Source: a virus
IMG/VR virus record: IMGVR_UViG_3300027742_000003
Direction: 5' to 3' (one strand)
DNA length: 46,791 nt
The translations under genes were made by a program, and so were the position numbers. Shown piece by piece: positions 16,103-26,100 of the stretch (within the stretch, counting starts at the first letter, position 1; every line of letters begins with the position of its first letter). The notes under the pieces are model-generated. The model did no database searches and was not told the DNA's origin. It worked only from the letters and a program-made list of their open reading frames with translations.

Positions 16103-16180
16103 CTCCGTGTAGTCTCAGTCTGGTAGAGATGCCGCTTTGGAAGCGGGCTGTCGTAGGTTCAAATCCTGCCTCGGAGACCA
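16103..16180 (+). tRNA. tRNA-Pro (UGG)
   Basis: CTCCGTG/CTCGGAG acceptor (one T-T mismatch), D arm TCTC-AGTCTGGTA-GAGA, GCCGC-TTTGGAA-GCGGG, T arm GTAGG-TTCAAAT-CCTGC, A-CCA. Confidence 0.75.
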
Positions 16181-16204
16181 AATTAAAAACATCAAGGATA
16201 ATAA

Positions 16205-16942
16205 ATGACAGACCAGTCTTTATTCACAGATAATCAAGAAAATCCTCAGGCAACCCCTGAACAATCTAATCAAAATCCTAGTTCTACTGAAAACCCATTT
16301 GCCGACCAGCTTGGAAGTATCAGGAATGAAAAAGGTGAGCCTAAGTACAACAGCGTAGAAACTGCATTAGAAGCTTTGAAGCATTCGCAAGATTATATCC
16401 CTAAGCTCTCTCAGGAGAAGCAACAATTAGAGGAGCAGCTCTCTGAGCTACGAGCGAAGTTAGAAGCTACAGACAAACTACAAGATGCACTTAGACAACC
16501 TCCACAAGAATCAGCTGAGCCACAAGCTAGCAATGGTTTAAGTGAGAGTGACTTTGACAAACTATTAGAGGCTAGGCTAGCAGAGCGAGAAGCACAAGCA
16601 GCTAAGCAATCTAATGCGTCACGAGTCGACCAAGAGTTATCAGCACGTTTTGGAGCTAACGCTCAAGCAGAGGTTCAAAAGAAAGCCTCAGAGCTTGGTA
16701 TGACAGCATCAGAACTTGGTGAAATGGCTCAATCAAAACCTGAACTGGTACTATCCTTATTTGGCGCTGGTGGCAATGTTAAGCCAACAGTTTCTGGTGG
16801 ATACTTACCTAACAACACTAATGATGAACCACTTAAAGCACCTACTAAAAGCTTACTAGCGGGCGCTTCTACTAAAGAGCAATTAGAGTTCTTGGCCAAG
16901 GTTCGTCAGGAAGTTTACAAGAAACATGGGATTACAGGATAA
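16205..16942 (+). CDS. scaffolding protein
   Basis: Q/E/A-rich predicted coiled coil directly upstream of the capsid gene. Confidence 0.65.
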   Translation: MTDQSLFTDNQENPQATPEQSNQNPSSTENPFADQLGSIRNEKGEPKYNSVETALEALKHSQDYIPKLSQEKQQLEEQLSELRAKLEATDKLQDALRQPPQESAEPQASNGLSESDFDKLLEARLAEREAQAAKQSNASRVDQELSARFGANAQAEVQKKASELGMTASELGEMAQSKPELVLSLFGAGGNVKPTVSGGYLPNNTNDEPLKAPTKSLLAGASTKEQLEFLAKVRQEVYKKHGITG

Positions 16943-16947
16943 TATAA

Positions 16948-17889
16948 ATGCAATTAACTTCTAACACTCGTTCGTTTATTGAAGCAGAGCAATACAGTTC
17001 GTTTATTCTATTAAACTTACATGATGGCTTACTGCCAGAAACGTTCTATCGTAATGTATCAGACTTTGGCTCTGGTGAGACGTTACACATTAAAACCGTT
17101 GGTTCAGTTACTATTCAAGAAGCTGCCGAAGACACTCCATTAGATTACAACCCAATTGAATCTGGTGAGGTTACTTTGCAGATTACCGACTACGTTGGTG
17201 ATGCTTGGTCAGTAAGTGATAAACTACGTGAAGACGGTTCTCAGGTTGACCAGTTAATGGTTGCCCGTTCTACAGAGTCTACTCGCGCACTTCAAGAGTA
17301 TTTTGAGACTCGCTTCTTATCTACTGCACAAGCAGCTCAGGTTAATGCTGACCCTAACTTAGTTAATGGTTTTGCTCACCGTATTGCTTCTGCTGAGACT
17401 AACAACATCTTCTCGCTTAAACATCTAATCGCTATGAAGCTTGCCTTTAATAAGGCTAACGTCCCGTCAGAGGGTCGTGTGTTCATCTGTGATAGTATTG
17501 TTGAAGCAGCGTTATCTAATCAGGTGACTATCACACAAGATGTGTCAGAGTTTGGTAAGATGATTATTGAGGGCGGTTTTGCACGAGGTCAACAATTCCT
17601 TATGCAGATTCACGGCTTCTCTGTTATCACATCTAACCGTCTGCCTGTTGGTGACTTCTCTGATGGTACAACTGCTATTACTGGCGGTGTTGCTAACATT
17701 GCAATGTGTATCTTAGATGACCAATGTAAGCCAGTTATGTCTGCATGGCGTCGTATGCCGTCTGTAGAGGGTGAACGTAATAAGGATTATGCTCGTGATG
17801 AGTATGTTACACGTTCTCGTTTCGGCTTTGGTGTACAACGTCGTGACACTCTTGGTGTAATCATTACATCAGCAACAGACTACGAATAA
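16948..17889 (+). CDS. major capsid protein
   Basis: 313 aa. Position after portal and scaffold, and followed by a strong terminator one gene later. Confidence 0.75.
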   Translation: MQLTSNTRSFIEAEQYSSFILLNLHDGLLPETFYRNVSDFGSGETLHIKTVGSVTIQEAAEDTPLDYNPIESGEVTLQITDYVGDAWSVSDKLREDGSQVDQLMVARSTESTRALQEYFETRFLSTAQAAQVNADPNLVNGFAHRIASAETNNIFSLKHLIAMKLAFNKANVPSEGRVFICDSIVEAALSNQVTITQDVSEFGKMIIEGGFARGQQFLMQIHGFSVITSNRLPVGDFSDGTTAITGGVANIAMCILDDQCKPVMSAWRRMPSVEGERNKDYARDEYVTRSRFGFGVQRRDTLGVIITSATDYE

Positions 17890-17899
17890 GGAATAAATA

Positions 17900-18286
17900 A
17901 TGTCTTATGAAACTTCTGCCTTTGGTAGTGGCGATGGCAGCAATGTAACGTCAGATGTGAGCAATCATTACGGCCAACGTGCCGTAGGTGGCCAGTCTGG
18001 CTCTACCCGTCAAACAGGTTTATACGGTGAGTTCAATATTAATGTTGATGCTGACGGCTTAAACTCAGACTTTCCTATTGTAACAGGCGCTCTCATTAAA
18101 GAGGTGGTGTCTGACTTTGCAACAGGTGCAATTACAACTCTGACAATCGGTGGTGTTGATATTTCAGCCGCTGATGGTTCTGCTCTTAATGATGTAGAAC
18201 TGGCAGATACAAATACAGGTGCTGTTGTACTTGCTGGCCCAACGGCTGGTACTGTTACAATTCGCTACCTTAAGTCTCCTGCATAA
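17900..18286 (+). CDS. hypothetical virion protein (possible capsid accessory)
   Basis: 128 aa, Gly/Thr/Ala-rich, GGAATAAATAATG context, last gene before the terminator. Confidence 0.6.
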   Translation: MSYETSAFGSGDGSNVTSDVSNHYGQRAVGGQSGSTRQTGLYGEFNINVDADGLNSDFPIVTGALIKEVVSDFATGAITTLTIGGVDISAADGSALNDVELADTNTGAVVLAGPTAGTVTIRYLKSPA

Positions 18287-18303
18287 GGGGCTTAGCTTAA
18301 AGG

Positions 18304-18336
18304 GCTGGTCAGTTTTTCTGGTCAGCTTTTTTTTTT
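18304..18336 (+). terminator. rho-independent terminator
   Basis: gctggtcag-ttttt-ctggtcagc (9 bp, two G-U pairs) followed by T10. Confidence 0.85.
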
Positions 18337-18349
18337 ATTGGGGTGCCCT

Positions 18350-18721
18350 ATGAGACCAACTTGTCAAGTAACAGGTTGTTTTAATCTTGCTAAGATTGGC
18401 AACAAAGGCAAGGACGGTAATCAGCTTTATAAGAAGTTTTGCAATAAGCATAATTCTGAAAGTTATGACAGTAAAGATTCAAAAGACAAGCAACTAGCTA
18501 AAGCTAGGGATTTGCGAAATAAGTATGATAAATCATCTGCTTGCAGGCATTTTAAAAAATCTTTTTGTGAGGTCTGTGGATTTGTTGCTAAGAACAAGTG
18601 TCAATTGGATGTTGACCACATAGATGGAAACCACGAAAACAATGAACCAAGTAATCTTCAAACCTTGTGCGCTAATTGCCACAGGCTCAAAACTTGGAAT
18701 AATAAGGATTGGATACGATGA
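18350..18721 (+). CDS. HNH homing endonuclease
   Basis: CEVCGF...LDVDHIDGNHENNEPSNLQTLCANCHRLKT. Confidence 0.88.
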   Translation: MRPTCQVTGCFNLAKIGNKGKDGNQLYKKFCNKHNSESYDSKDSKDKQLAKARDLRNKYDKSSACRHFKKSFCEVCGFVAKNKCQLDVDHIDGNHENNEPSNLQTLCANCHRLKTWNNKDWIR

Positions 18722-18766
18722 AAATTAATATTCAAAAGTTGATTAAGGTATTTGGAGGGCATCTTT

Positions 18767-19450
18767 ATGGCAGATATTCAACATAAAAATATCCCAGATA
18801 ATCAACTGCACGAACCTAAGGGGGTTGTAAGCGCATCAGCTAATACAGTTTACCTAGCAGATGGTTTAGGTAGTGGTTCTTGGCAAACGCCAAAAGTTAG
18901 TGGAGTTGATTCAGCGGATGAGGGAGCTGTCTTAAGGGCTAATGGTGATGGTACAGTTTCTTGGGTATTCTTACCAAGTGGCTATGGGTTCTACGTACAT
19001 AGTGGTGCTACACAAACATTCAACTCGACATTCTCTAAGTTGCTTATAAATGGTTCTGGTGCAGCAAGTGACAGCAGTAAGTTACCAAGGCAGATTAGGG
19101 GTGTTAGTGAGCTTTGGGACACAACTGATAATAAGATTACTCCAATAGATGTTGGTGATTCTTATGATGTTCGTATAGATATACCAGTAACAAGTGAGGT
19201 TGGCTCTGTAACAGATATAACAATCCAGCTTGATATTGGGGGTGGTGCAGCACCAACAGTACCTATTGTAACAAGGTTTGCCTCTGGTGGTAAGACAACA
19301 CCATATGTTATCAGTATAGCATTTCCAGTGTTTAGTGGTTCTACATTCTTATCTAACGGTGGACAGATTTTTGTCAAGACTGACGCTGGCAGTATTAATG
19401 TTTTAAACCCTCAAGTATATATTGGCAGGTCTAGCGGAGGTAATTTCTAA
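18767..19450 (+). CDS. hypothetical structural protein
   Basis: ATG 7 nt after GGAGGG. Lies within the tail module. Confidence 0.65.
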   Translation: MADIQHKNIPDNQLHEPKGVVSASANTVYLADGLGSGSWQTPKVSGVDSADEGAVLRANGDGTVSWVFLPSGYGFYVHSGATQTFNSTFSKLLINGSGAASDSSKLPRQIRGVSELWDTTDNKITPIDVGDSYDVRIDIPVTSEVGSVTDITIQLDIGGGAAPTVPIVTRFASGGKTTPYVISIAFPVFSGSTFLSNGGQIFVKTDAGSINVLNPQVYIGRSSGGNF

Positions 19451-20238
19451 TGAAACTTACACTACTGGATATAGTACAGGATATATTGAATGATATGGAT
19501 GGAGACGAAGTAAACAGTATTGATGACACTTTCGAGTCTACACAAGTAGCTCAGATTGTCAAGACCTGTTTCTTTGAGATGATGTCAAATAGAAACTGGC
19601 CTCACTTAAGGCGTTCTATTGGCTTAGTTGCTTCTGGTAACGCAGCTTATCCAACACACATGTCAATACAAGAAGATGTTAAAGAGCTTTGCTTTATTAA
19701 TTACAATAAGGCCAAGTCTGGTGAGACAAGGCGCGTCTATCAAGCTGTTAGGTGGGTAGAGCCAGATGACTTCTTAAGGGTTACAAACAACCGTAACAGT
19801 GATAAGGATGATGTTGATGTTATCCAAGACTACACTGGCGTAGAGTTGCTAATACTTAATAATACAGCACCAACATACTTCACATCTTTTGACGATAAAA
19901 ACTTAGTGTTTGACTCTTACGACAAAACTGTTGACTCAACACTGCAACAATCAAAAGTGCAAGCACAGGCATATGTAATGCCAACTTGGGAGTCTGTTGA
20001 CGACCATGTGCCAGACTTGCCCTCAGAGGCATTCTCAGCGTTGGTTGAAGAAGCTAAACGAACAGCAATGTTTAAGCTTAAGCAGGTTGTTGATGGTGTA
20101 GCTAGCTTAAAGGCTGATAGGCAACAAAGGTGGTTGTCCCGCAAGGCGTTCTCTGTAGAGGGGGGTATACAGTATCCAAACTACGGTCGAAGAGGTGCTT
20201 CAAGTCGAAGAGACACAACATTCAGAAAGGATTACTAA
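19450..20238 (+). CDS. tail tubular protein A-like / head-tail adaptor (by position)
   Basis: 262 aa preceding the large tubular-B-like protein. TAATG overlaps at both ends. Confidence 0.5.
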   Translation: MKLTLLDIVQDILNDMDGDEVNSIDDTFESTQVAQIVKTCFFEMMSNRNWPHLRRSIGLVASGNAAYPTHMSIQEDVKELCFINYNKAKSGETRRVYQAVRWVEPDDFLRVTNNRNSDKDDVDVIQDYTGVELLILNNTAPTYFTSFDDKNLVFDSYDKTVDSTLQQSKVQAQAYVMPTWESVDDHVPDLPSEAFSALVEEAKRTAMFKLKQVVDGVASLKADRQQRWLSRKAFSVEGGIQYPNYGRRGASSRRDTTFRKDY

Positions 20239-20423
20239 TGGAATATCAAGGTTACATGCTTGAGCATGATGGTACAATGGGTATGATTAATATTAAAGCT
20301 ATTGGTCGTGGCTCTGTTCCAGTAAAATTAAGGGGTGAATACACCTCAAGAACTTTTGCTAAGGTTGCAATAGACAGACATCTAGCGGAGAAGAAAACTA
20401 ATGGCAAGGCAAAATCAGACTAG
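20238..20423 (+). CDS. hypothetical protein (61 aa)
   Basis: TAATG overlap with the upstream stop. Confidence 0.5.
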   Translation: MEYQGYMLEHDGTMGMINIKAIGRGSVPVKLRGEYTSRTFAKVAIDRHLAEKKTNGKAKSD

Positions 20424-22746
20424 TGAACACAGTACATTCGTTGCTGGCCTTGTAACAGAGGCTAGTCCTCTAACGTTTCCTGAGAACGCTGCAATAGATA
20501 TAAATAACTTTGTACTATCTAAAACTGGTGAAGTTAGGCGTAGGTTAGGTATGAACTTTGAGCCCAACTACTCATTAGAGAATGGGCAGTATGCAACAGA
20601 TGCTGGTGAAGAGCCAGCTACCTCTGTGTACACTTGGGAGAATGCTGGTGGTATTGCTGGTAATAGGTTTATAGTTGTTCAGGTTGGTTATCAAATCAAT
20701 TTCTATAATGCTAATGAGTTTCCTATTTCAAACAACCTAGTATACTCATACCAGCTTGAGGATAGATACCAAGGCGTGTATGTTGACTTCGCCACAGTAG
20801 ATGGACTTCTTGTAATGGCTCATGGTGATGCTAATTTAAAAGTGTTTGAGTATAAGAGTGGTTCAATAAACCTATCAACTTTCAGGCTTAAGATTCGTGA
20901 TGTATTTGGCCTTGAGCACATTCAGAACGGCATAAATTATCGCGACCCAGAGAACATAAGTAAGCGTATAAAGGGCGAAGTGTTTCCAACGACAGTCCAT
21001 AATTATAATCTTAGGAATAGTGGGTGGGCTGCACTTAGGTATTCTGGTAATGAAGAGTTTTTATCAGACCCAATTACATTATTCTTCAATGAGACAACTG
21101 GCCCTGCTCTTGACAACTCTTTTGGTGGTGTTGGGGCACTGCCCTCTTACGCAGACAATGTGTCACTAGGTATATTGCCTGATGCGAACGATGGTGATAA
21201 CAGGCTGATTGACAGGTTTTTTGCAGATGTATTAATCTCAGCACAGACAGGTAACTTTCCTGTTCCATCTGGTTATTTTATTATAGATGCTTTGGATAGG
21301 GGTCAAGATAGATTTAATCAACTTAGTAGCCTGATTAGCGAATCTGCTAAGTATAATGGAAACCTAGACCCTGCTGACATACCTGCCGACAGAACCCCAA
21401 CAGGTGCAACTTGTGTATCAGAGTTTGCTGGTAGGGTGTTTTATTCTGGATTTAGTGGTGAGGTTATTAGTGGTGACGAGTATTCACCTAGGCTTTCTTC
21501 TTACGTGTTGTTTAGTAAGCTTATAGAAAGTAAACCTGACTTAGGTAGGTGTCATCAAGTTGGCGACCCAACATCAAGAGACAACTTTGAGCTGTTAGAT
21601 ACTGATGGTGGCTTCCTGCGTATAGACGGCGCTTATAATATTAAACGTCTTGTCAATATTGGCAGTGCGCTTATGGTGGTTGCTGAAAACGGTATTTGGG
21701 CTGTCTTAGGTGGCAGTGATTACGGATTTACAGCAACACAATCTAAGGTTGTTAAAGTTACCGACAAGGGTTGTTCTGGTGCTAAGTCGGTTGTGTTGGT
21801 TGATAACTCTTTTATGTACTGGGGTTATGACGGCATTTATAATGTGACCTATGACCAGTTCGGAGCGTTGGTTGCAACAAACATAACTACCGATACGATA
21901 CAATCTTTTTATGAAGAAATATCCTCATCAAACAAACTGTTTTGTCAGGGGTTTTATGACTCTTACGAAAGGAAAGTTAGGTGGGTTTATGGTAACAGGC
22001 TGACAGGTGAAGATGATAGTGTTGAGCTGGTTCTTGATATTGCACTTCCCTCATTCTATAAGCACACAATTCCGGGAAGTTCTAGTGGTAGGCCAAATGT
22101 AATCTGCCCGTTTGAAGTTCCTCCTTACCGCTCTGGTTTGGTTGTGTCTGATGTTGTTGTAGATTCAAGGGATGTTGTATCAGGCGCTGATAAGGTTGTA
22201 AGCACTACCTCAAGCCCAACAAGCAGGACTAAGGAAATATATTACCTAGTTGTAACTGGTATTGACGCTGGTATTGAGTACACTTTTGCGTACTATAATG
22301 ATGACTCCTATTTAGATTGGGGTGATACAGATGCAGAGGCGCACATAATTACAGGTTGGTCAGGTGGTGGTGATTACCAAAGGAATAAGCAAGCTCCTTA
22401 TGTAACGTTCCACTTTAGGCGCACTGAGGACGGTTTTGAGGAAGATGAGTTTGGTGACTTTTATCCAACTAATCCATCTTCTTGTAAGGTTCAGGCTCAG
22501 TGGGATTGGGCTAACTCAGCTAACTCCAACAGATGGGGTAAAGAGTTCCAAGCCTACCGTTATAAAAGGTTGTATATGCCAAGTGGTGTTAATGACCCTT
22601 ACGATAATGGGTTCTTGACAATAACAACAAAGAATAAACTGAGGGGCAAGGGTAAGGTGTTGTCGCTTAGGATTTCAACAGAACCTGCTAAGGATTGTAA
22701 ACTACTAGGGTGGTCTATGCTTACAGGTATTGCTACAAACGTATAG
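20401..22746 (+). CDS. tail tubular protein B-like (nozzle)
   Basis: 781 aa. Size and position match T7 gp12-type proteins. Confidence 0.6.
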   Translation: MARQNQTSEHSTFVAGLVTEASPLTFPENAAIDINNFVLSKTGEVRRRLGMNFEPNYSLENGQYATDAGEEPATSVYTWENAGGIAGNRFIVVQVGYQINFYNANEFPISNNLVYSYQLEDRYQGVYVDFATVDGLLVMAHGDANLKVFEYKSGSINLSTFRLKIRDVFGLEHIQNGINYRDPENISKRIKGEVFPTTVHNYNLRNSGWAALRYSGNEEFLSDPITLFFNETTGPALDNSFGGVGALPSYADNVSLGILPDANDGDNRLIDRFFADVLISAQTGNFPVPSGYFIIDALDRGQDRFNQLSSLISESAKYNGNLDPADIPADRTPTGATCVSEFAGRVFYSGFSGEVISGDEYSPRLSSYVLFSKLIESKPDLGRCHQVGDPTSRDNFELLDTDGGFLRIDGAYNIKRLVNIGSALMVVAENGIWAVLGGSDYGFTATQSKVVKVTDKGCSGAKSVVLVDNSFMYWGYDGIYNVTYDQFGALVATNITTDTIQSFYEEISSSNKLFCQGFYDSYERKVRWVYGNRLTGEDDSVELVLDIALPSFYKHTIPGSSSGRPNVICPFEVPPYRSGLVVSDVVVDSRDVVSGADKVVSTTSSPTSRTKEIYYLVVTGIDAGIEYTFAYYNDDSYLDWGDTDAEAHIITGWSGGGDYQRNKQAPYVTFHFRRTEDGFEEDEFGDFYPTNPSSCKVQAQWDWANSANSNRWGKEFQAYRYKRLYMPSGVNDPYDNGFLTITTKNKLRGKGKVLSLRISTEPAKDCKLLGWSMLTGIATNV

Positions 22747-22754
22747 GAGGTTAT

Positions 22755-23192
22755 ATGTCTATTGCAGCAGCAGTGGCGTTCGTAGCTGGCACAGCTATAA
22801 CAATTGATGCTAACAAGGCTTCTCAAAGGGCCAGTAAAAGAGCAGCAGAAACTAAAACAGCAAGCCAGAAGAACGCTGACGCAGCAGCCCTTAGACAGCA
22901 AGCGAGGGAGGCTAGACGGGAGAGGGCTAGGATAGTACAAATATCTGAGAACCTTGGGACGTCTGGCTCCTCTGGCGAGATTGGGGCTACTGGAAGTATA
23001 TCAGGGCAGGTTGCATCAAGTTTTGCAAACGTGTCTTCACAACAAATGGCAGCGGCTGGTATAACAGCAGAGCAAAACAAAGCAGCAGATGCTAACCTGA
23101 AAGCTGGATACGGACAAGTGTTGTCTAGTGTTGGCTCTCAGGCGTTCTCTGCTACGGGCGGTTTTGATAAACTATTTAGTCAGGGTAAGTAA
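22755..23192 (+). CDS. internal virion protein (small, Ala/Ser/Gln-rich)
   Basis: ATG 5 nt after AGGAGG, N-terminal hydrophobic segment. Confidence 0.6.
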   Translation: MSIAAAVAFVAGTAITIDANKASQRASKRAAETKTASQKNADAAALRQQAREARRERARIVQISENLGTSGSSGEIGATGSISGQVASSFANVSSQQMAAAGITAEQNKAADANLKAGYGQVLSSVGSQAFSATGGFDKLFSQGK

Positions 23193-26100
23193 TGGAAGAT
23201 ATTGAACTAGGTATTAACACGGTAGATGCTGGTGAGAACATGTACGAAAATGTTGCTGGCTTTGCTGACAAGAATCAGAAGAAAGCTTTGGTGGCTGACA
23301 TGTCTGCGACAGTTATCTCAGAGGGTGGTGACTTAGTTCAAGCCGTTGAAGATACATCAAGCCTTTCTGCTGAACAAATGAAAGATAATGCAGCAGCCAC
23401 TTATGTACAAAAAGAAGCTGGCCGTATTGAGCAAGCCGTACAGACAGTGGCTATGGAGCAGCCTGAACAATTGCCAGTGGCTATCAAGGGTGCTAGAAAG
23501 TCTTTCCAAGATTTAGATGATGCACGTAAGTCTAAGATAGTTCCACACTTAAACTGGGTGGACTCTTTAGAGGGAAGTGAAAAACTTACTAAAGATGAGC
23601 GTGAAAGTATTGCTGTTGATTCAGCATTCCTACAGTCAATTATGCAAGGTGCTGATAAGCGTGCTTGGTATGAGACAGGTTGGGATATTCTTGGTATGAT
23701 GGCTGTTCCTGATGAGTCTTATAATGCTGCTGACGTAGAACAACAACTACTTGGCGATAAGCAAGGGTTAGAGGATTGGTTAGGTAGTTCTGATTCAATA
23801 AGTAATGTGGCTGAGTTTAGGGCAAGCTTGTCTTCTTCTGAGCGTGTTATGTTTGATGAGCGCCTTAAAGAAGTTATTACAAACGTTGATGATAACAAGT
23901 TACAACAAATCATGCTCGCCTTGGGTGTCCTTGGTAGGGATGAGAATAGTAGAAGCTTCCAAGCATTAGAAAAGTTTGAGGCATTGGCTGTTGGTGCTAA
24001 TATTGGTCGTGGGCTTCTTAAGGGGCTACGTTCGGTTAATGTGTTAAACAGGACAGCTAGGGCTGGTGATGAGATGGCCGCTGGCAAGATTGCTGATGCA
24101 GTTGCTAGTGACCCTAAAATAGCCAAGGAAGCTGGTGTACCACAAATTGATGCTGCTACAGTAGGTAATCCAGTTAAGCCAGAGGGAGTCTTTACAGGCG
24201 CTCCTGATGGTGTTCAGAAGAAGTATCGCGCACATAAAGAGAACATACAAGAGGCTTTAGATAGGGCTAACAATGTTCTTGGTTATGTTGTAGATATTGA
24301 TTCTAAGGATGCTGATGAGATAGTGTCTGCAATGAATAAGAGTTTTGCTAAGAACGATGATGTTGAAAACATCAAAGTGTTTAGAAGCAAGGCTGGTGTT
24401 ACCTTTGAGTATGATGTAGTTGATGCTGAGGGAACAACCCTTACAAGGGAAACAAAACTATTTACACTAGACGACTTAAACGGCTTCAAGCAGAAAGAGT
24501 CTGGTTTCGTAGGTGCTACATTACGTGGTGTTGTTAGTCCTAATACATTAACAGGCCAAGACAGAGACTTCTTCGTACAAGCTGCTGAGGCAACGTTGTA
24601 TGCAAAAGGTCGTATAGGTAAAGGCTTAGGTGATTCGATTGACGAAGCTTTAAAACCTGTTAAAGGTAATGTTAAGAAGCTTACTAACGTATCTGATATG
24701 TTGACGTTGATGGATGGTCGTTCTGAGTTACCGTCTTACGAGCGTTTAGTTTTAGAGGGTGTTGGTGGTAAAAGGTTAACAGAGGATGAGTGGATTGCTT
24801 TCACTGGTGTTCGTAAGGTGCTTGATGATACATACTTCCTAAACAATGACGTATTACGCCGTGAGATGGAACTCAAGGGTGTTAAAGCAGTTAGTATAGA
24901 GGATGGTATTACTTCTTATGCAAAACCTGCTGGCGACCCTGACACAGCTTATAAGATGTTCTCTGCTGATGTTGATAATACTATCATAGCTGACGGTGAG
25001 CGCACACTAAAAGGTGCTGGTTTAGATGAACTACAAGCAGCTTATAAAGAGGGTAAGGTACTGGTTAAGTCTGAGGCAAGCTCTCCTCAAGAGTGGTTTG
25101 ATTCTTCTGAGGGCTTAGTTAAATACGCTTTAGTTGATAAACGTGATGTATCAGAACTTCCAAATATTGTTCTTAATAGGCAACCTAACTACTTACCTAA
25201 ACTAAGGGAAGATGCTAACTGGTTTGTTAAAGGCCAAAAACAAATCGTAGTTAATGGCGCTATTAAAAATGTTGAGACAACTCTTGCTTATGCAGCCACT
25301 AAGACACAGGCACAAGCTTGGTTAAACAGGTTGGCTAAGGCAGCAGAGAAAGCTGGTGATACTTTTGACCCATCTAAGTTTGACATTCGCTTTGACCGTG
25401 AGGTTAGTAAGGGTGTTGACAACTCTGATGTACTAACTATTAATGGTGGCCTTGTACGTGGTAAACGTAAGAGCAGCGAGTTAGAGTGGGCTGGTAAGTA
25501 TGATGAGGGTGGTCGTACAGATGCACTTGATTCAATCCAACGTTATATGGGTATTACTGCTGACAGGGCTGCACTATCTGAATGGCGTATGGAAGCTCGT
25601 ACACGTATTATGAATGAAGCTGCTTCTAATGCGGAGATTGGTGACAAAGCTAAACAATTAGGTTGGGCGGCTCTTAGGAGTGAGATAGCAGACAGCGGTA
25701 TTGGTTTGCAACGTCGTTCTAAACTGTTAGCTGCTTATGACCAAGTAAATGAAATGTCAAGTATTCCAAGCTCAACAGACCAACGTATGCAAAGTTGGGT
25801 TAGGGCTGTAGGTGAAAAGTTTGATGAGAAAGGTTTTGAGGGTACAGCTAAATACTTCTACCACATGCACGATAAGTCACTTGTTGACATCCTTAAGGGT
25901 GCTACATTTAACTTGACGCTTGGTATGTTTAACGTTGTACAAATACCTGTTCAGCTTCTTGGTGCTAGTGTAGCTGTAAGTATTGCACCTAAAGCAGCTT
26001 TGAAAGCTTCTCCTAAATGGTTGGTTGCATCAACACTAGACTTCGTAACAAACGAGAAATCTGCTAAAGCTTTTATTAGGAAGATGAGCAGTGACCTTGA

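Noticed and set aside
23719-24126. 135-aa minus-strand ORF inside the 1430-aa virion protein gene (similar nested ORFs at 24044-24250, 24283-24489 and 28988-29368)
   Set aside because: It is antisense to a long, coherent coding frame, with Ser/Leu/Ala-rich composition and no ribosome-binding site.
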